Origin: an uncultured delta proteobacterium
GTDB taxonomy: Bacteria; Desulfobacterota; Binatia; UBA9968
DNA: 64,000 nt
Assembly: GCA_963847445.1 (NCBI GenBank)
Contig: CAWJZV010000034.1
Span: 32,001 to 96,000, forward strand
Reading direction: 5' to 3'
How positions within the stretch are numbered: position 1 is the first letter of the stretch; each line of letters opens with the position of its first letter. Below are positions 9,683 to 18,803 of the stretch, in pieces. The notes below the pieces were generated by a model. The model was not told the origin of the DNA, did not search any database, and worked only from the letters and a program-made list of their open reading frames with translations. The position numbers were made by a program, and so were the translations under genes.

Positions 9683-10180
9683 ATGCAAGCTTGGTACGTT
9701 ATTTATACAAAAGCGCAGAAGGAAGAGTTTGCGCAATTCCATTTGAAGTTAAAAAACCTCGAATCGGTTTTTCCTAGACTATTGTTACCGGTATTTTCGC
9801 GCAGGCAAAAGAGAGTTGTTCCGCTGTTCCCCAACTATCTTTTTGTTCGTATGGATTTTGCGAAAGAATATGACTTTGTGCGTTGGTCGCCCGGTGTAAA
9901 ATGTTTCGTTTGTTTTAAGGACACGCCCAATCCTGTGGAAGACGGTGTAGTGGAACATCTTTTAAGTCGGGCGGATCCAAACGGGATCATCGCCGCGCGA
10001 CCTAACCTAAGAAAAGGCCAAGAGGTGAGACTTTGCGGTAGTTCACTGGCTGGGCTTGATGGAATTATTAGAAATCCTCCTGACGCAAAAGGGCGGGTTA
10101 CATTGCTCTTGAGCCTCTTCAAGCGCGATATCGAAGCGGAGGCGCGTTTAGAGCATATCGAGAGTAGTTGGCTGATTTAG
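9683..10180 (+). CDS. NusG paralog transcription antiterminator (RfaH/UpxY/LoaP-like)
   Basis: NGN domain WYVIYTK...PLFPNYLFVR...SPGV; KOW-like GQEVRL..G.LAGL.GII; first gene of the polysaccharide locus. Confidence 0.88.
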   Translation: MQAWYVIYTKAQKEEFAQFHLKLKNLESVFPRLLLPVFSRRQKRVVPLFPNYLFVRMDFAKEYDFVRWSPGVKCFVCFKDTPNPVEDGVVEHLLSRADPNGIIAARPNLRKGQEVRLCGSSLAGLDGIIRNPPDAKGRVTLLLSLFKRDIEAEARLEHIESSWLI

Positions 10181-10217
10181 GGCTTACTAGGTAAGCAGAC
10201 CCGATTGCATTTTGTTC

Positions 10218-10263
10218 TCCGAAGCACATGCTTCGGAAGTTGATATTTTTTTGGTTTTTTTTT
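10218..10263 (+). terminator. Hairpin plus T-tracts between the antiterminator gene and wza
   Basis: TCCGAAGCA-CA-TGCTTCGGA is a perfect 9-bp inverted repeat, followed after 8 nt by T7-GG-T9. Confidence 0.4.
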
Positions 10264-10320
10264 AGTGTGCAAAGCCAAGTGGCCTTGAGGGGCGGAGCTA
10301 TAACATTAAAATAAGGAAGG

Positions 10321-11112
10321 ATGGCTCCATTGATTATGCGGTTACTAAACAAATCGTCTCTGGCGGGGAAGCGTGCAACGGTTCCCTTTCGAAAAGTTTT
10401 GGCCGTGGCAACGCTTCTGATCTCGCAAACATTCTCTTTGTCGGGTTGCGGGGCTCCAACCAACGTCCAGCCGTTAACGCCCGCAGATATTCCAGTATTG
10501 CACGGTGCGGGAAATTTTCCCCATGAAAAGTACGTAATCGTGCCCGACGATACAATCCAGATTCGTTACACTTATCATCCTGAAATGAGCCAGGAAGTGG
10601 TTGTTCAACCGGACGGTAAAATTACCGCGACCCTTGTGGGACCAATCATCGTCACGGGGATGACGACGGCAAGGCTCGAAGAATTGCTTGTAGAAAAAAC
10701 ATCGGACCAACTCCGGAGACCAGAGGTGGTAGTCGGCATTACTAAATTTGCCGAAAGAAATGTTTATATCGGAGGAGAGGTCGGCAAACCGGGGCTGGTT
10801 CGCTATCGACAGGGACTGACCCCACTTCAGGCGGTCATCGCCGCGGGTGGTTTCCTTGAATCGGCGAGCACCGATAATGTGGTGTTGACACGCACGGGAG
10901 ATTCCCTTAATGAGTCCATCAGCCGCAGATTGAATCTTAGGGAAACAGTCGCCGACGGCATCAAGGAGCCACTCTTTCTTGCCCCGCACGATGTTGTTTA
11001 CGTACCCAGGACTTCGATCGCGGAAGCAAATCTATGGGTGAAACAACACATCACAGAGTTATTCCCTTTTTTGAAAGGGTCCGCCGGTGCGAGCTATCGA
11101 CTGGGACAATAA
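10321..11112 (+). CDS. wza: Polysaccharide export lipoprotein (OPX/Wza family)
   Basis: Lipobox LSGC; Poly_export motif YVIVPDD.I.I...VQPDGKIT; SLBB VYIGGEV..PG; L.PHDVVYVP. Confidence 0.88.
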   Translation: MAPLIMRLLNKSSLAGKRATVPFRKVLAVATLLISQTFSLSGCGAPTNVQPLTPADIPVLHGAGNFPHEKYVIVPDDTIQIRYTYHPEMSQEVVVQPDGKITATLVGPIIVTGMTTARLEELLVEKTSDQLRRPEVVVGITKFAERNVYIGGEVGKPGLVRYRQGLTPLQAVIAAGGFLESASTDNVVLTRTGDSLNESISRRLNLRETVADGIKEPLFLAPHDVVYVPRTSIAEANLWVKQHITELFPFLKGSAGASYRLGQ

Positions 11113-11171
11113 CCGATAAGCGTATAAACCGTTTCCAAGCCGATATCGTGTAATCCTCGGCATCGATCGAA

Positions 11172-12437
11172 ATGTATAAATCCTACTTTGGTTTTGACGA
11201 AAAGCCGTTCAATGTCACCCCTGACCCACGGTTTTTCTATACCAATCCCGGGTACCAGGAGGCCTACGCAAACCTACTTTACGGCGTTCGTGAACGTAAA
11301 GGCTTTTTGCTGTTGACCGGCGAAGTGGGCACGGGAAAGACTACCATCCTGCAAAGATTGATGGAGGAACTGGAGTCTACGGTTCGCTTCGTCTTCTTTT
11401 ACAACACCAACTTGTCTTTCGAAGAGCTCTTGACCTTCATTTGCCAAGAGCTTGGGTTGCCGGTTAAGGAAGGCGGCCGACTTGAAAAAATCGGCGCCCT
11501 TAATGAATTTCTGCTAAATCAATTAAGGAACGGATCGACGACGGTTTTATTCATTGACGAGGCGCAGAATCTCAAAGCGGAGGTCTTTGAGAATCTACGC
11601 TTACTCTCGAATCTCGAAACGCCCAGGGAGAAGCTTTTGCAGATTGTCCTGGTCGGCCAACCCGAGCTTGAAGCAAAACTCGATCGAACCGACTTGCGAC
11701 AGCTGAAACAGCGAATCTTCTCTCAATCGCGGCTTGGCTCATTGAGCGAGGAAGAGGTGGCGTCCTTTATCGATTATCGACTCAAGGCAGTTGGTTGTCG
11801 TCGAAATGACCTTTTCCCGCGCGATGCGGTCAGGGAGATTGCGCTGTATTCAAAGGGGATCCCGCGCCTCATCAACATCATCTGCGATAACGCATTGCTC
11901 ATAGCCTATGCCGCGTCCGAAACGAAAGTGACTGCCGACATCATAAAAGAGGTCGCTCGTGACATGCGATTGGATACGGGAGTTAAGGTGGGTTCCAGGG
12001 CTCAAGCAGCGAATCTCCAAATCCCGTCTAAAAAAATCAACGAACTCAGTAATCATCCCGCGACCCTTCGGCGCGAATCGCCGGACCCAGCAAGGCCTCT
12101 GACCGCGGCGCCGGAAACGCAGGATGCCACAGTTTCACTGGCAAAAGAGGCGCCGGCACAGGCGAAATCAGAAACCGAAGATATCTCGCAAGCCTTTCTG
12201 GATTTGCTGACTAGCGCACTGATCGAGGCCATGGGGCCGATGGCCCCGCGGGTCATTCGGGATCAACTTACTACCCTTGGTACTTCTTCTGCGACTTTGC
12301 CGAAGGGATCGATCAAAAGGCTTGTCGAGTCAGTTAGCGCGGAAATTCTTGATGATGTGCTACGAGCAGGTTTTCAAAAAAAAATCTCCACCTTGGTGGG
12401 CACCCTAAACGGGAACGGTAGGAATGCTAACGCCTGA
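11172..12437 (+). CDS. ExeA/GspA-like AAA ATPase with an extra C-terminal helical domain
   Basis: MYKSYFGFDEKPFNVTPDPRF, Walker A GEVGTGKTT, Walker B FIDEAQNL, LVGQPEL and GIPRLINIICD. Confidence 0.9.
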   Translation: MYKSYFGFDEKPFNVTPDPRFFYTNPGYQEAYANLLYGVRERKGFLLLTGEVGTGKTTILQRLMEELESTVRFVFFYNTNLSFEELLTFICQELGLPVKEGGRLEKIGALNEFLLNQLRNGSTTVLFIDEAQNLKAEVFENLRLLSNLETPREKLLQIVLVGQPELEAKLDRTDLRQLKQRIFSQSRLGSLSEEEVASFIDYRLKAVGCRRNDLFPRDAVREIALYSKGIPRLINIICDNALLIAYAASETKVTADIIKEVARDMRLDTGVKVGSRAQAANLQIPSKKINELSNHPATLRRESPDPARPLTAAPETQDATVSLAKEAPAQAKSETEDISQAFLDLLTSALIEAMGPMAPRVIRDQLTTLGTSSATLPKGSIKRLVESVSAEILDDVLRAGFQKKISTLVGTLNGNGRNANA

Positions 12438-12472
12438 GAAGTGCGGGATCATGGCTCGAGAGCCGGGGGGGT

Positions 12473-13189
12473 ATGAATCTAATCGGAACGGTCAGGCGTA
12501 ACCTTGTTGTTTTGATTGCGATCCTTGGGCTTATCATCCCAGGCATCATATACCATTTTTTGGGTCGTATCCTGCGCGAACGATTCGAACAACAGGCGTC
12601 GGTTGTCGCGATTAACTTGGCTGATTCTGCGGCGGGTTATGTCGTTAGCAGAGATGTTTTGCAGCTGCGCACTTTAGTGGCGAAGTACGGCCGTCTCGAT
12701 GGAGTCGCATATGCCCTTATTCAAGACCGTGAAGGAAATGTGCTAGCGAACAGTCTGGGAGTTATGCCACCGGGACTCCACGAAGACTTTCCCTCCGGTC
12801 AGCAGCGGGAAGTCATCCGACGAACGCTGACCCTACAAGAGAAAATCGTCTACGAGTCTCGGGGGCCGATTCTCGAGGGGCAATTGGGAAGCGTACGTCT
12901 AGGAATCTGGGCGGATACGGTCCAAAGCGGGATTTACCAAGGGTTTCTGCTTTTGCTGGGTCCTATCGCATTAGTTCTCATCGCCGCGGCAGCCGTCGCT
13001 GTCCTCATGGCAGGACGATTAATTAGACGCCTTCGCCGGTTGATGGAAATTGCCGGAAGGATGAGCACGGGAGACCTCGATACGCCGGTTAGAGCGGAAT
13101 CACAGGACGAGTTCGGAGAATTGACCCATTCTCTCGAGCGCATGAGGGCGAGCTTGAAGGCCGCGATGATGCGTCTCGATCAGAATTGA
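12473..13189 (+). CDS. Two-TM sensor-like protein ending in a HAMP domain, with no output domain
   Basis: Two hydrophobic helices flank a periplasmic Cache-like region. The HAMP motif RL...A.RMSTGDLDTPV...DEFGEL..SLERMR is followed by a stop. Confidence 0.8.
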   Translation: MNLIGTVRRNLVVLIAILGLIIPGIIYHFLGRILRERFEQQASVVAINLADSAAGYVVSRDVLQLRTLVAKYGRLDGVAYALIQDREGNVLANSLGVMPPGLHEDFPSGQQREVIRRTLTLQEKIVYESRGPILEGQLGSVRLGIWADTVQSGIYQGFLLLLGPIALVLIAAAAVAVLMAGRLIRRLRRLMEIAGRMSTGDLDTPVRAESQDEFGELTHSLERMRASLKAAMMRLDQN

Positions 13190-13365
13190 TCACGGCGTGT
13201 GCCCTGGACGAAGCGTAGAAGAACGAAAAATCAACCGAAGACAAGAAAAATAAGCCATTATCCTGTGGCAGTCCTTCCTTGCTCAAATAGGTAAACTGGA
13301 CATGAAGTTGTCACCAAACCTCCCTGGATTTTGATAATTCTTACTAATTGAATGCGGAGATCGCC

Positions 13366-14873
13366 ATGGCCCAAGAAATCACACCCGTTGGCTCTTTCTA
13401 TCCAACCTATCTCCCTCCCGCCCAGAGGCTGCCGGGATAGGCGAGATCACGAAACAGGTTTGCTTCGTGGCGTTTAAATGGAACCGTGTAATCGTCGGCG
13501 TTTTTCTTGTTTTCACCATCGCAGCCGCAATTGCCATGTGGCTGAAACCACCGGTTAGAACGGCGACCGCGGAGATCTTGATTAAGGTGGATCGAGCGCC
13601 GATGCAGATTTCAGGTCTGGCAGGAAGAGCTGATAAGAGCCAGGTTGTCCAAATCATGAACTCGGAAGTACAGTTGATTGAAAGCCGGCAAGTCTTGGAA
13701 GCCGTCGCTATCAAGCTTTTGTCCCGTCCGGGCGAGAAGATCGATAAGGACGAACTTGAAGATAAGATCAGTTCCCTTGCGGGCAGTGTATTTCCGGTTC
13801 CCCTACCGGATTCCAATGTCCTGCAGGTCACGTATTTGGCGAAGACCGGCGAGGAAGCCGCGAAGACTCTCGGCCTGATCATTGAAGAATACATAGAGGC
13901 GCAAGCTGCGATTCAAAGCGGTTCAAATAGACTGCTGAAATTCTACGAGCAGGAGAAACAGAGAGTCGAAACCGAACTCCGGCAGGCAGAAGACCAATTG
14001 AATCAATGGCAGGGGAAGAACCAAACCGTTTCAATCGTTCAAGAGATCACTACTCAGATAGATTTACTGGAGCATCGAACAAAAGAGCTGCAGCAAGCGG
14101 ACGCCTCGCTTCAAGGGACAAAAGCAAAAATGGCTATGGTGCGGAGCCAACTTAACGTACAACCGGAGCGCTTGTTGACGGGACAAGATCAGGTGAGTAA
14201 TCCGTTGGCTGTCAAACTGAAAGAACAACTCGTTACGGCTGAAGTTGCGCTTCAAGACCTGCTCGGGCGCTTTACCGAGAAGCACCGTACTGTTGTCGAG
14301 AAAAGGGAGCAGATCGCCCTGCTCAAAAAGGAATTGGCGGCGGTACAGGAAAACATCATAGGGCGGGAAACAACCGCCTTAAATCCGCTCAAAGAGAATC
14401 TCAAACAACAGTTCTCAGATGCTCAAGCCCATTTGAGTTCTCTAACGTCGCAGAAGGAAACTCTGCAAAAACAGGTCGACGAGGCCTCGAGCGTGCTTGC
14501 CGGTATGCGCGAAAAGAAGGTAAAGATCGATGAACTGTCCCGCCTGGTGGAACTCCACAAAGACGCTTTCATGCTTTATGGGAAGAAGTTGGAAGAAGGT
14601 CGGATTGCCACCGGCCTGGGCAAGGAGCAGTTAGCCAATGTTGCGCTCATCGGGCCGGCTCGCGCGACCACCGGCACGGATCTTACTAAACGACTTACCA
14701 TGATTTTTCTAGCTGCTTTCGTCGGTTTGGCGCTGGGAATGGCCCTTGCTTTCGGACTTGAGTTTATGAATAGTGCGATCCGCACGCGACAAGACGTTGA
14801 GTACTATCTCGGCCTACCCGTGTTGGCAACGGTTCCAGAGTTGTCTGCACGGCCATTGATGTTGAATGAGTAA
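13366..14873 (+). CDS. Polysaccharide co-polymerase / chain-length determinant (Wzc N-domain, GumC-like), probable frameshift near 13420
   Basis: TM, long coiled coil, TM, then IRT..DVE.YLGLPVLATVP. GGAGATCGCC-ATG at 13366 is out of frame with the 13467 ORF; the same RBS context precedes 14888. Confidence 0.85.
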
Positions 14874-14887
14874 CACGGGAGATCGCC

Positions 14888-15697
14888 ATGGGTAGAACAC
14901 ATGAAGCGTTAAAAAAAGCCGAGAGAGAAAAGAGCAATGGCACTGCTAAAGAGAACGGCAAAGCGACTCGCGGAGAAGACGGCGCTCAGTTTAACGAGAA
15001 AAACTTCTCGTCAAATGGTCATCCCGCGCCGACGAGCTATCTTCGAGATCCACAAGGATCTGTTTTGGAGTACGAAAAAATCGGCGCTTGGCTAACCAAT
15101 CCGGCGCTCCGGGGCAAGCGGCTTCAAACCGTCATGGTTGTGGCTCCCCGGTCAGGCACAGGCAATACCACTACCGCAGCTTTACTCGCCGAAACCCTTG
15201 CGAACGTCAAGAAAAGACGCGTGCTGATCATCGATAGTAATTTTCGCACGCCCGCGCTGAATATGGTTTTTCAGGTAAAAAACGATGGCGGGTTCATTGA
15301 GGTTGCATCCGATGACTTGTCGTTTGACGCGCATATTCAAGCCACCAACCGCCCCAATCTTTTTGTTTTAACCAGCGGGCAGATTTCGATCAGCCCGGCA
15401 GAAGTTTTCGAAGGAGATGCGGTCGATCGGCTCATGGCCAAGCTTAAGGAAAGGTTTGACTTCATTGTTTTCGACGCCGCCCCCGTGATGGAGTTCCCAG
15501 ATTCCTTCGCGCTCGCCTCCAAGGTCGATAGCGTCATCTTGGTGGCCCGATCCGAAAAGACTTCGATTGAGGATGCCCAAAGGGCCAAATTGAATATCGA
15601 ACAGGCCGGGGGACGAATCCTCGGCGTCGTCTTAAATGGCCAGAAAGATTATACGCCGTCTTTCCTGAAAAGGTTTTTCTTCCTGCAAACAGCCTAA
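14888..15697 (+). CDS. CpsD/CapB-family BY-kinase-like protein with degenerate Walker A
   Basis: RVLIIDSNFRTP, NLFVLTSG, FDFIVFDAAP and ILGVVLN motifs. The P-loop reads GTGNTT and there is no C-terminal Tyr cluster. Confidence 0.85.
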   Translation: MGRTHEALKKAEREKSNGTAKENGKATRGEDGAQFNEKNFSSNGHPAPTSYLRDPQGSVLEYEKIGAWLTNPALRGKRLQTVMVVAPRSGTGNTTTAALLAETLANVKKRRVLIIDSNFRTPALNMVFQVKNDGGFIEVASDDLSFDAHIQATNRPNLFVLTSGQISISPAEVFEGDAVDRLMAKLKERFDFIVFDAAPVMEFPDSFALASKVDSVILVARSEKTSIEDAQRAKLNIEQAGGRILGVVLNGQKDYTPSFLKRFFFLQTA

Positions 15698-15730
15698 CCG
15701 GATTGCCACCGCTCCGGTTTTTCCTATTTC

Positions 15731-17179
15731 ATGATTGAGAATCAACATTCTCTCCCAGCCCATCCGAGAGCATGGCTCGCCGTCCAAGCGGCGACGCTGC
15801 TCTTGGTTATCTCCCTATTAGTCCCCCTAGTTTCCGGGGGTAAGGGGATGCTCTTCCTGCTGGCCCTGTTGGGCGGGATTGGCGCCTTATTGGTGGTACG
15901 GAGACCTCACTGGGGAGTACTCCTAATCCAAGCCATAATGTTCGTAGAACTCGACTTTCTATTCGGCGTCAACTACGCATTGACCGCCATTTTACTGATA
16001 CCTTTCGCTTGGGCGATCCTGCGCGATCGTGGAACTTGGCTTCTGGGAGTGCCGCAGATTCAAATTCTGTTAATCATCGGGTTTCTTTTCATCGTCTCCA
16101 CGTTGTGGAGCGAATTTAAGTATCCAGTAACCTTGAATCCTGATAAAGATCAGACGGCAAAGCAGGCGCGAGAGTTTATCACTCATCTCGGTTGGCTGGT
16201 GTTTTTTCTTTACTTTATAAACACCCGGCAAAAGATTGAGCTGACTGCCAAGCTGACCGTGGGGCTGATCGCTGCCGCAGCCATCAGCGGATTGTTTCTC
16301 TTTGTGACAGGCAGCGGGGGTGGCGGGGCTGGCCGTGCCGCAGCCAATTTTAGTATGGCGAAGAATTCGAACCGCCTTGCCTTCCTCTGTGTCTTTGCAA
16401 TCTCTCTCATCTGGTTCTACCGCTCCTATGCGCAGACGCGTAGCTGGAAGATTTTGACTCTACCGCTGCTTTTTGTGCTACCCATTGCGACGCTGGCAAC
16501 CGGCTCACGCGGCGGTCTCTTGCAGATGGCAGCTCTGGCGGCGTCGATCGTCAAGGACCAGAAGGGCTGGTCGGTGGCGAAACGAATGTATTGCATTTTC
16601 TCGATGGGGTTTGTCGGACTCTTGATGGTGGCTCTTGTGCCAGCAGCTTACATCGAGCGAGCCACTACTTTCGACCCTGCGGCGGATGGCGCCGGGCAGG
16701 AATCACTGCAAAATCGTGCTCGGGTGGCCGTCGGCGCACTGAAAATGATTGCCACCGATCCGATCTTTGGCGCCGGTTTCGGCAACTATCCTTGGGTCGC
16801 TCGCGCGTATTTCAACGTCAGCGGGGCCACTCATAATTCTTATCTATGGGCCTTTACCTCAGGCGGAATAGGAGTCTTTGCCTCATATCTGTTCCTGTTC
16901 TATGTGACCTATCGCATGCTGAAACGACTGGAGCGAGCTGGCCCGCGCGAGCTGCTATGGTTGGTCAAGGCGACAAAAGTGAATATACTCCTGTTTCTCA
17001 TCTGTTCCATATCCACAGACTTTTGGCTCAGCGACTTTTTGTATTTAATCGTCGGTCTCACTGTCGCCATGAATCATCTATGGCGGCGCCAGCAGCAGAG
17101 TAGTTCCGATCCGGTTTCAGTTCGCTCGATGGAGTTCAACTCTATCGGTCAGTTAGCCGCCGCTCCCCCTCGGGGATAA
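15731..17179 (+). CDS. O-antigen ligase / Wzy polymerase family membrane protein
   Basis: About 12 hydrophobic segments; NSNRLA, TGSRGG, R......A.....PIFGAGFGNY and THNSYL motifs. Confidence 0.85.
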   Translation: MIENQHSLPAHPRAWLAVQAATLLLVISLLVPLVSGGKGMLFLLALLGGIGALLVVRRPHWGVLLIQAIMFVELDFLFGVNYALTAILLIPFAWAILRDRGTWLLGVPQIQILLIIGFLFIVSTLWSEFKYPVTLNPDKDQTAKQAREFITHLGWLVFFLYFINTRQKIELTAKLTVGLIAAAAISGLFLFVTGSGGGGAGRAAANFSMAKNSNRLAFLCVFAISLIWFYRSYAQTRSWKILTLPLLFVLPIATLATGSRGGLLQMAALAASIVKDQKGWSVAKRMYCIFSMGFVGLLMVALVPAAYIERATTFDPAADGAGQESLQNRARVAVGALKMIATDPIFGAGFGNYPWVARAYFNVSGATHNSYLWAFTSGGIGVFASYLFLFYVTYRMLKRLERAGPRELLWLVKATKVNILLFLICSISTDFWLSDFLYLIVGLTVAMNHLWRRQQQSSSDPVSVRSMEFNSIGQLAAAPPRG

Positions 17180-17211
17180 TCTCTCTCTTCTCTCTCTCTT
17201 CTCTGTCTTTC
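17180..17211 (+). repeat. Pyrimidine-rich tract with a tandem 11-mer TCTCTCTCTTC
   Basis: TCTCTCTCTTC x2 plus TCTGTCTTTC, between wzy and the deacetylase. Confidence 0.55.
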
Positions 17212-17224
17212 AAAAGCTGGAATT

Positions 17225-18136
17225 ATGACAGTGAATGACGCCTCGAGTGTCGCGCAGGCCGCGATGATTTTACCGACCTGGCGCTCCACACATCTCGACT
17301 GTACCAGTCAGGTGTGTAACGCACTGACGATCGATGTCGAGGATTATTACCACGTCGAGGCCTTTCAGGCGGTCATTCGTCGCGAGGATTGGCATCGCTA
17401 CGAGCCGCGGATTTATCGCAACACGGTGAAGATCCTCGAACTGTTAGCGCGGCACGGGATCCAAGCGACTTTCTTTATCCTGGGTTGGGTCGCCGAGCAG
17501 ACGCCCGGCATTGTCAAGGAAATCCAGGCCGCCGGACACGAGATCGGCAGCCACGGCTACGCCCATCAGGTAATTTACCAGCAGACTCCGGACGAATTTG
17601 CCGAGGACCTGCGGCGATCGTTGGCAATAATCGAAGGGATCACCGGCGAGCAAGTATTAGGGTTCCGCGCTCCTTCTTTCTCCATAACCAATCGCTCTCT
17701 GTGGGCGATCGAAATCATGCAATCCTTTGGGCTTGCCTACGATTCGAGTGTATTTCCTATAGTGCACGACATCTACGGTATTCCCGATGCGCCGCGACAT
17801 CCCTATCAGATCGCTGACGGGTTCTGGGAATTTCCCATGACCACGGTTCAGCTCTTTGGGAAGAATATTCCGATCGGCGGCGGCGGGTATTTGCGGATAT
17901 TCCCTTATTGGTTGACGCGTTGGGGAATCGATCGGGCGAACTCCGCGGGCGAGTCGGCCGTCGTCTATCTACACCCCTGGGAATTGGATCCCGGCCATCC
18001 CAGGATCAAGACTTCGCCGCTCAACCATTTCCGTCACTACATAAATCTGGAAAAGACCGAAAGTCGGCTTGACGCATTGTGTAAGGATTTCAAGTTCACG
18101 TCTCTGCGAGGGCTATTAGACCATGTTGCGTGCTGA
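17225..18136 (+). CDS. Polysaccharide deacetylase (XrtA-system type, NodB + DUF3473)
   Basis: NALTIDVEDYY, ATFFILGWVAE, HEIGSHGYAH, FRAPSFSI, GGGGYLR and YLHPWELDP motifs. Confidence 0.9.
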   Translation: MTVNDASSVAQAAMILPTWRSTHLDCTSQVCNALTIDVEDYYHVEAFQAVIRREDWHRYEPRIYRNTVKILELLARHGIQATFFILGWVAEQTPGIVKEIQAAGHEIGSHGYAHQVIYQQTPDEFAEDLRRSLAIIEGITGEQVLGFRAPSFSITNRSLWAIEIMQSFGLAYDSSVFPIVHDIYGIPDAPRHPYQIADGFWEFPMTTVQLFGKNIPIGGGGYLRIFPYWLTRWGIDRANSAGESAVVYLHPWELDPGHPRIKTSPLNHFRHYINLEKTESRLDALCKDFKFTSLRGLLDHVAC

Positions 18137-18782
18137 CCTCCACCTCCACACTCGATATTCCTACGACGCCTCGTCCTCCCTCCGCGCCATCGTGGACAAG
18201 TGCCAGAAGTCGGGGATCACCTGCGTTGCCATCACCGACCACAACGAGATCGAAGGGGCGCTCGCCCTCCAGGCTATTGCCCCCTTCAAAGTTATCATCG
18301 GAGAGGAGGTCCGGACGATTCAGGGCGACGTCATAGGTCTCTACCTGCGCTCGAGGATACCTCCCGGCCTTTCTCCCGCCGAGACCATCGCTGAAATTCG
18401 TTCACAGGGTGGAATTGTGTACCTCCCCCATCCATTCGCCGACGACCGAAGTGAAAACTTCTCCAGGTCCTATGTCGAAGAGATCCTGCCGCAGGTGGAT
18501 GTCCTCGAGGTCTTTAATGGCAGAACCCTTAACCCTCGAGCCAACGCTTTGGCATTGGAGGCCGCCCGTGGTGGAGGACTCATCCAAGGCGCCGGAAGCG
18601 ATGCGCATACTCCATTTGAGATCGGCAGGACCTATGTGGAGATGGCCGAGTTTAACACTGCGAATGAGTTTCTCGATAGTCTGCGAGGGGCACGGCTGCG
18701 CGCCCAGCGCACGCCTTATCTGCTCCGGGTGACCATGAACCGCTTCGCGCGCAAGGCGTTACGGTGGACTCAGCACGACTGA
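18123..18782 (+). CDS. PHP-domain metal-dependent phosphoesterase
   Basis: DLHLHT, AITDHN, GEE, PHPF, EVFN and GSDAH motifs. Confidence 0.88.
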   Translation: MLRADLHLHTRYSYDASSSLRAIVDKCQKSGITCVAITDHNEIEGALALQAIAPFKVIIGEEVRTIQGDVIGLYLRSRIPPGLSPAETIAEIRSQGGIVYLPHPFADDRSENFSRSYVEEILPQVDVLEVFNGRTLNPRANALALEAARGGGLIQGAGSDAHTPFEIGRTYVEMAEFNTANEFLDSLRGARLRAQRTPYLLRVTMNRFARKALRWTQHD

Positions 18783-18803
18783 ATCTTGAGGTTTCGAGAC
18801 TAA

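Noticed and set aside
10035-10041. GCGGTAG as an RfaH ops element
   Set aside because: It is an incomplete match, lies inside the coding sequence and has no JUMPstart context.
10231-10236. CTTCGG as a LoaP-type UNCG tetraloop hairpin
   Set aside because: The flanks do not pair beyond one C-G; the hexamer is the 3' arm of a different stem.
13266-13283. TGGCAGTCCTTCCTTGCT upstream of the co-polymerase as a sigma-54 promoter
   Set aside because: GG and GC are 12 nt apart rather than the required 10.
18123-18782. PHP protein as the CpsB-type tyrosine phosphatase
   Set aside because: The motifs fit the generic PHP phosphoesterase type and the partner kinase lacks a Tyr cluster, so it is kept as a generic PHP.
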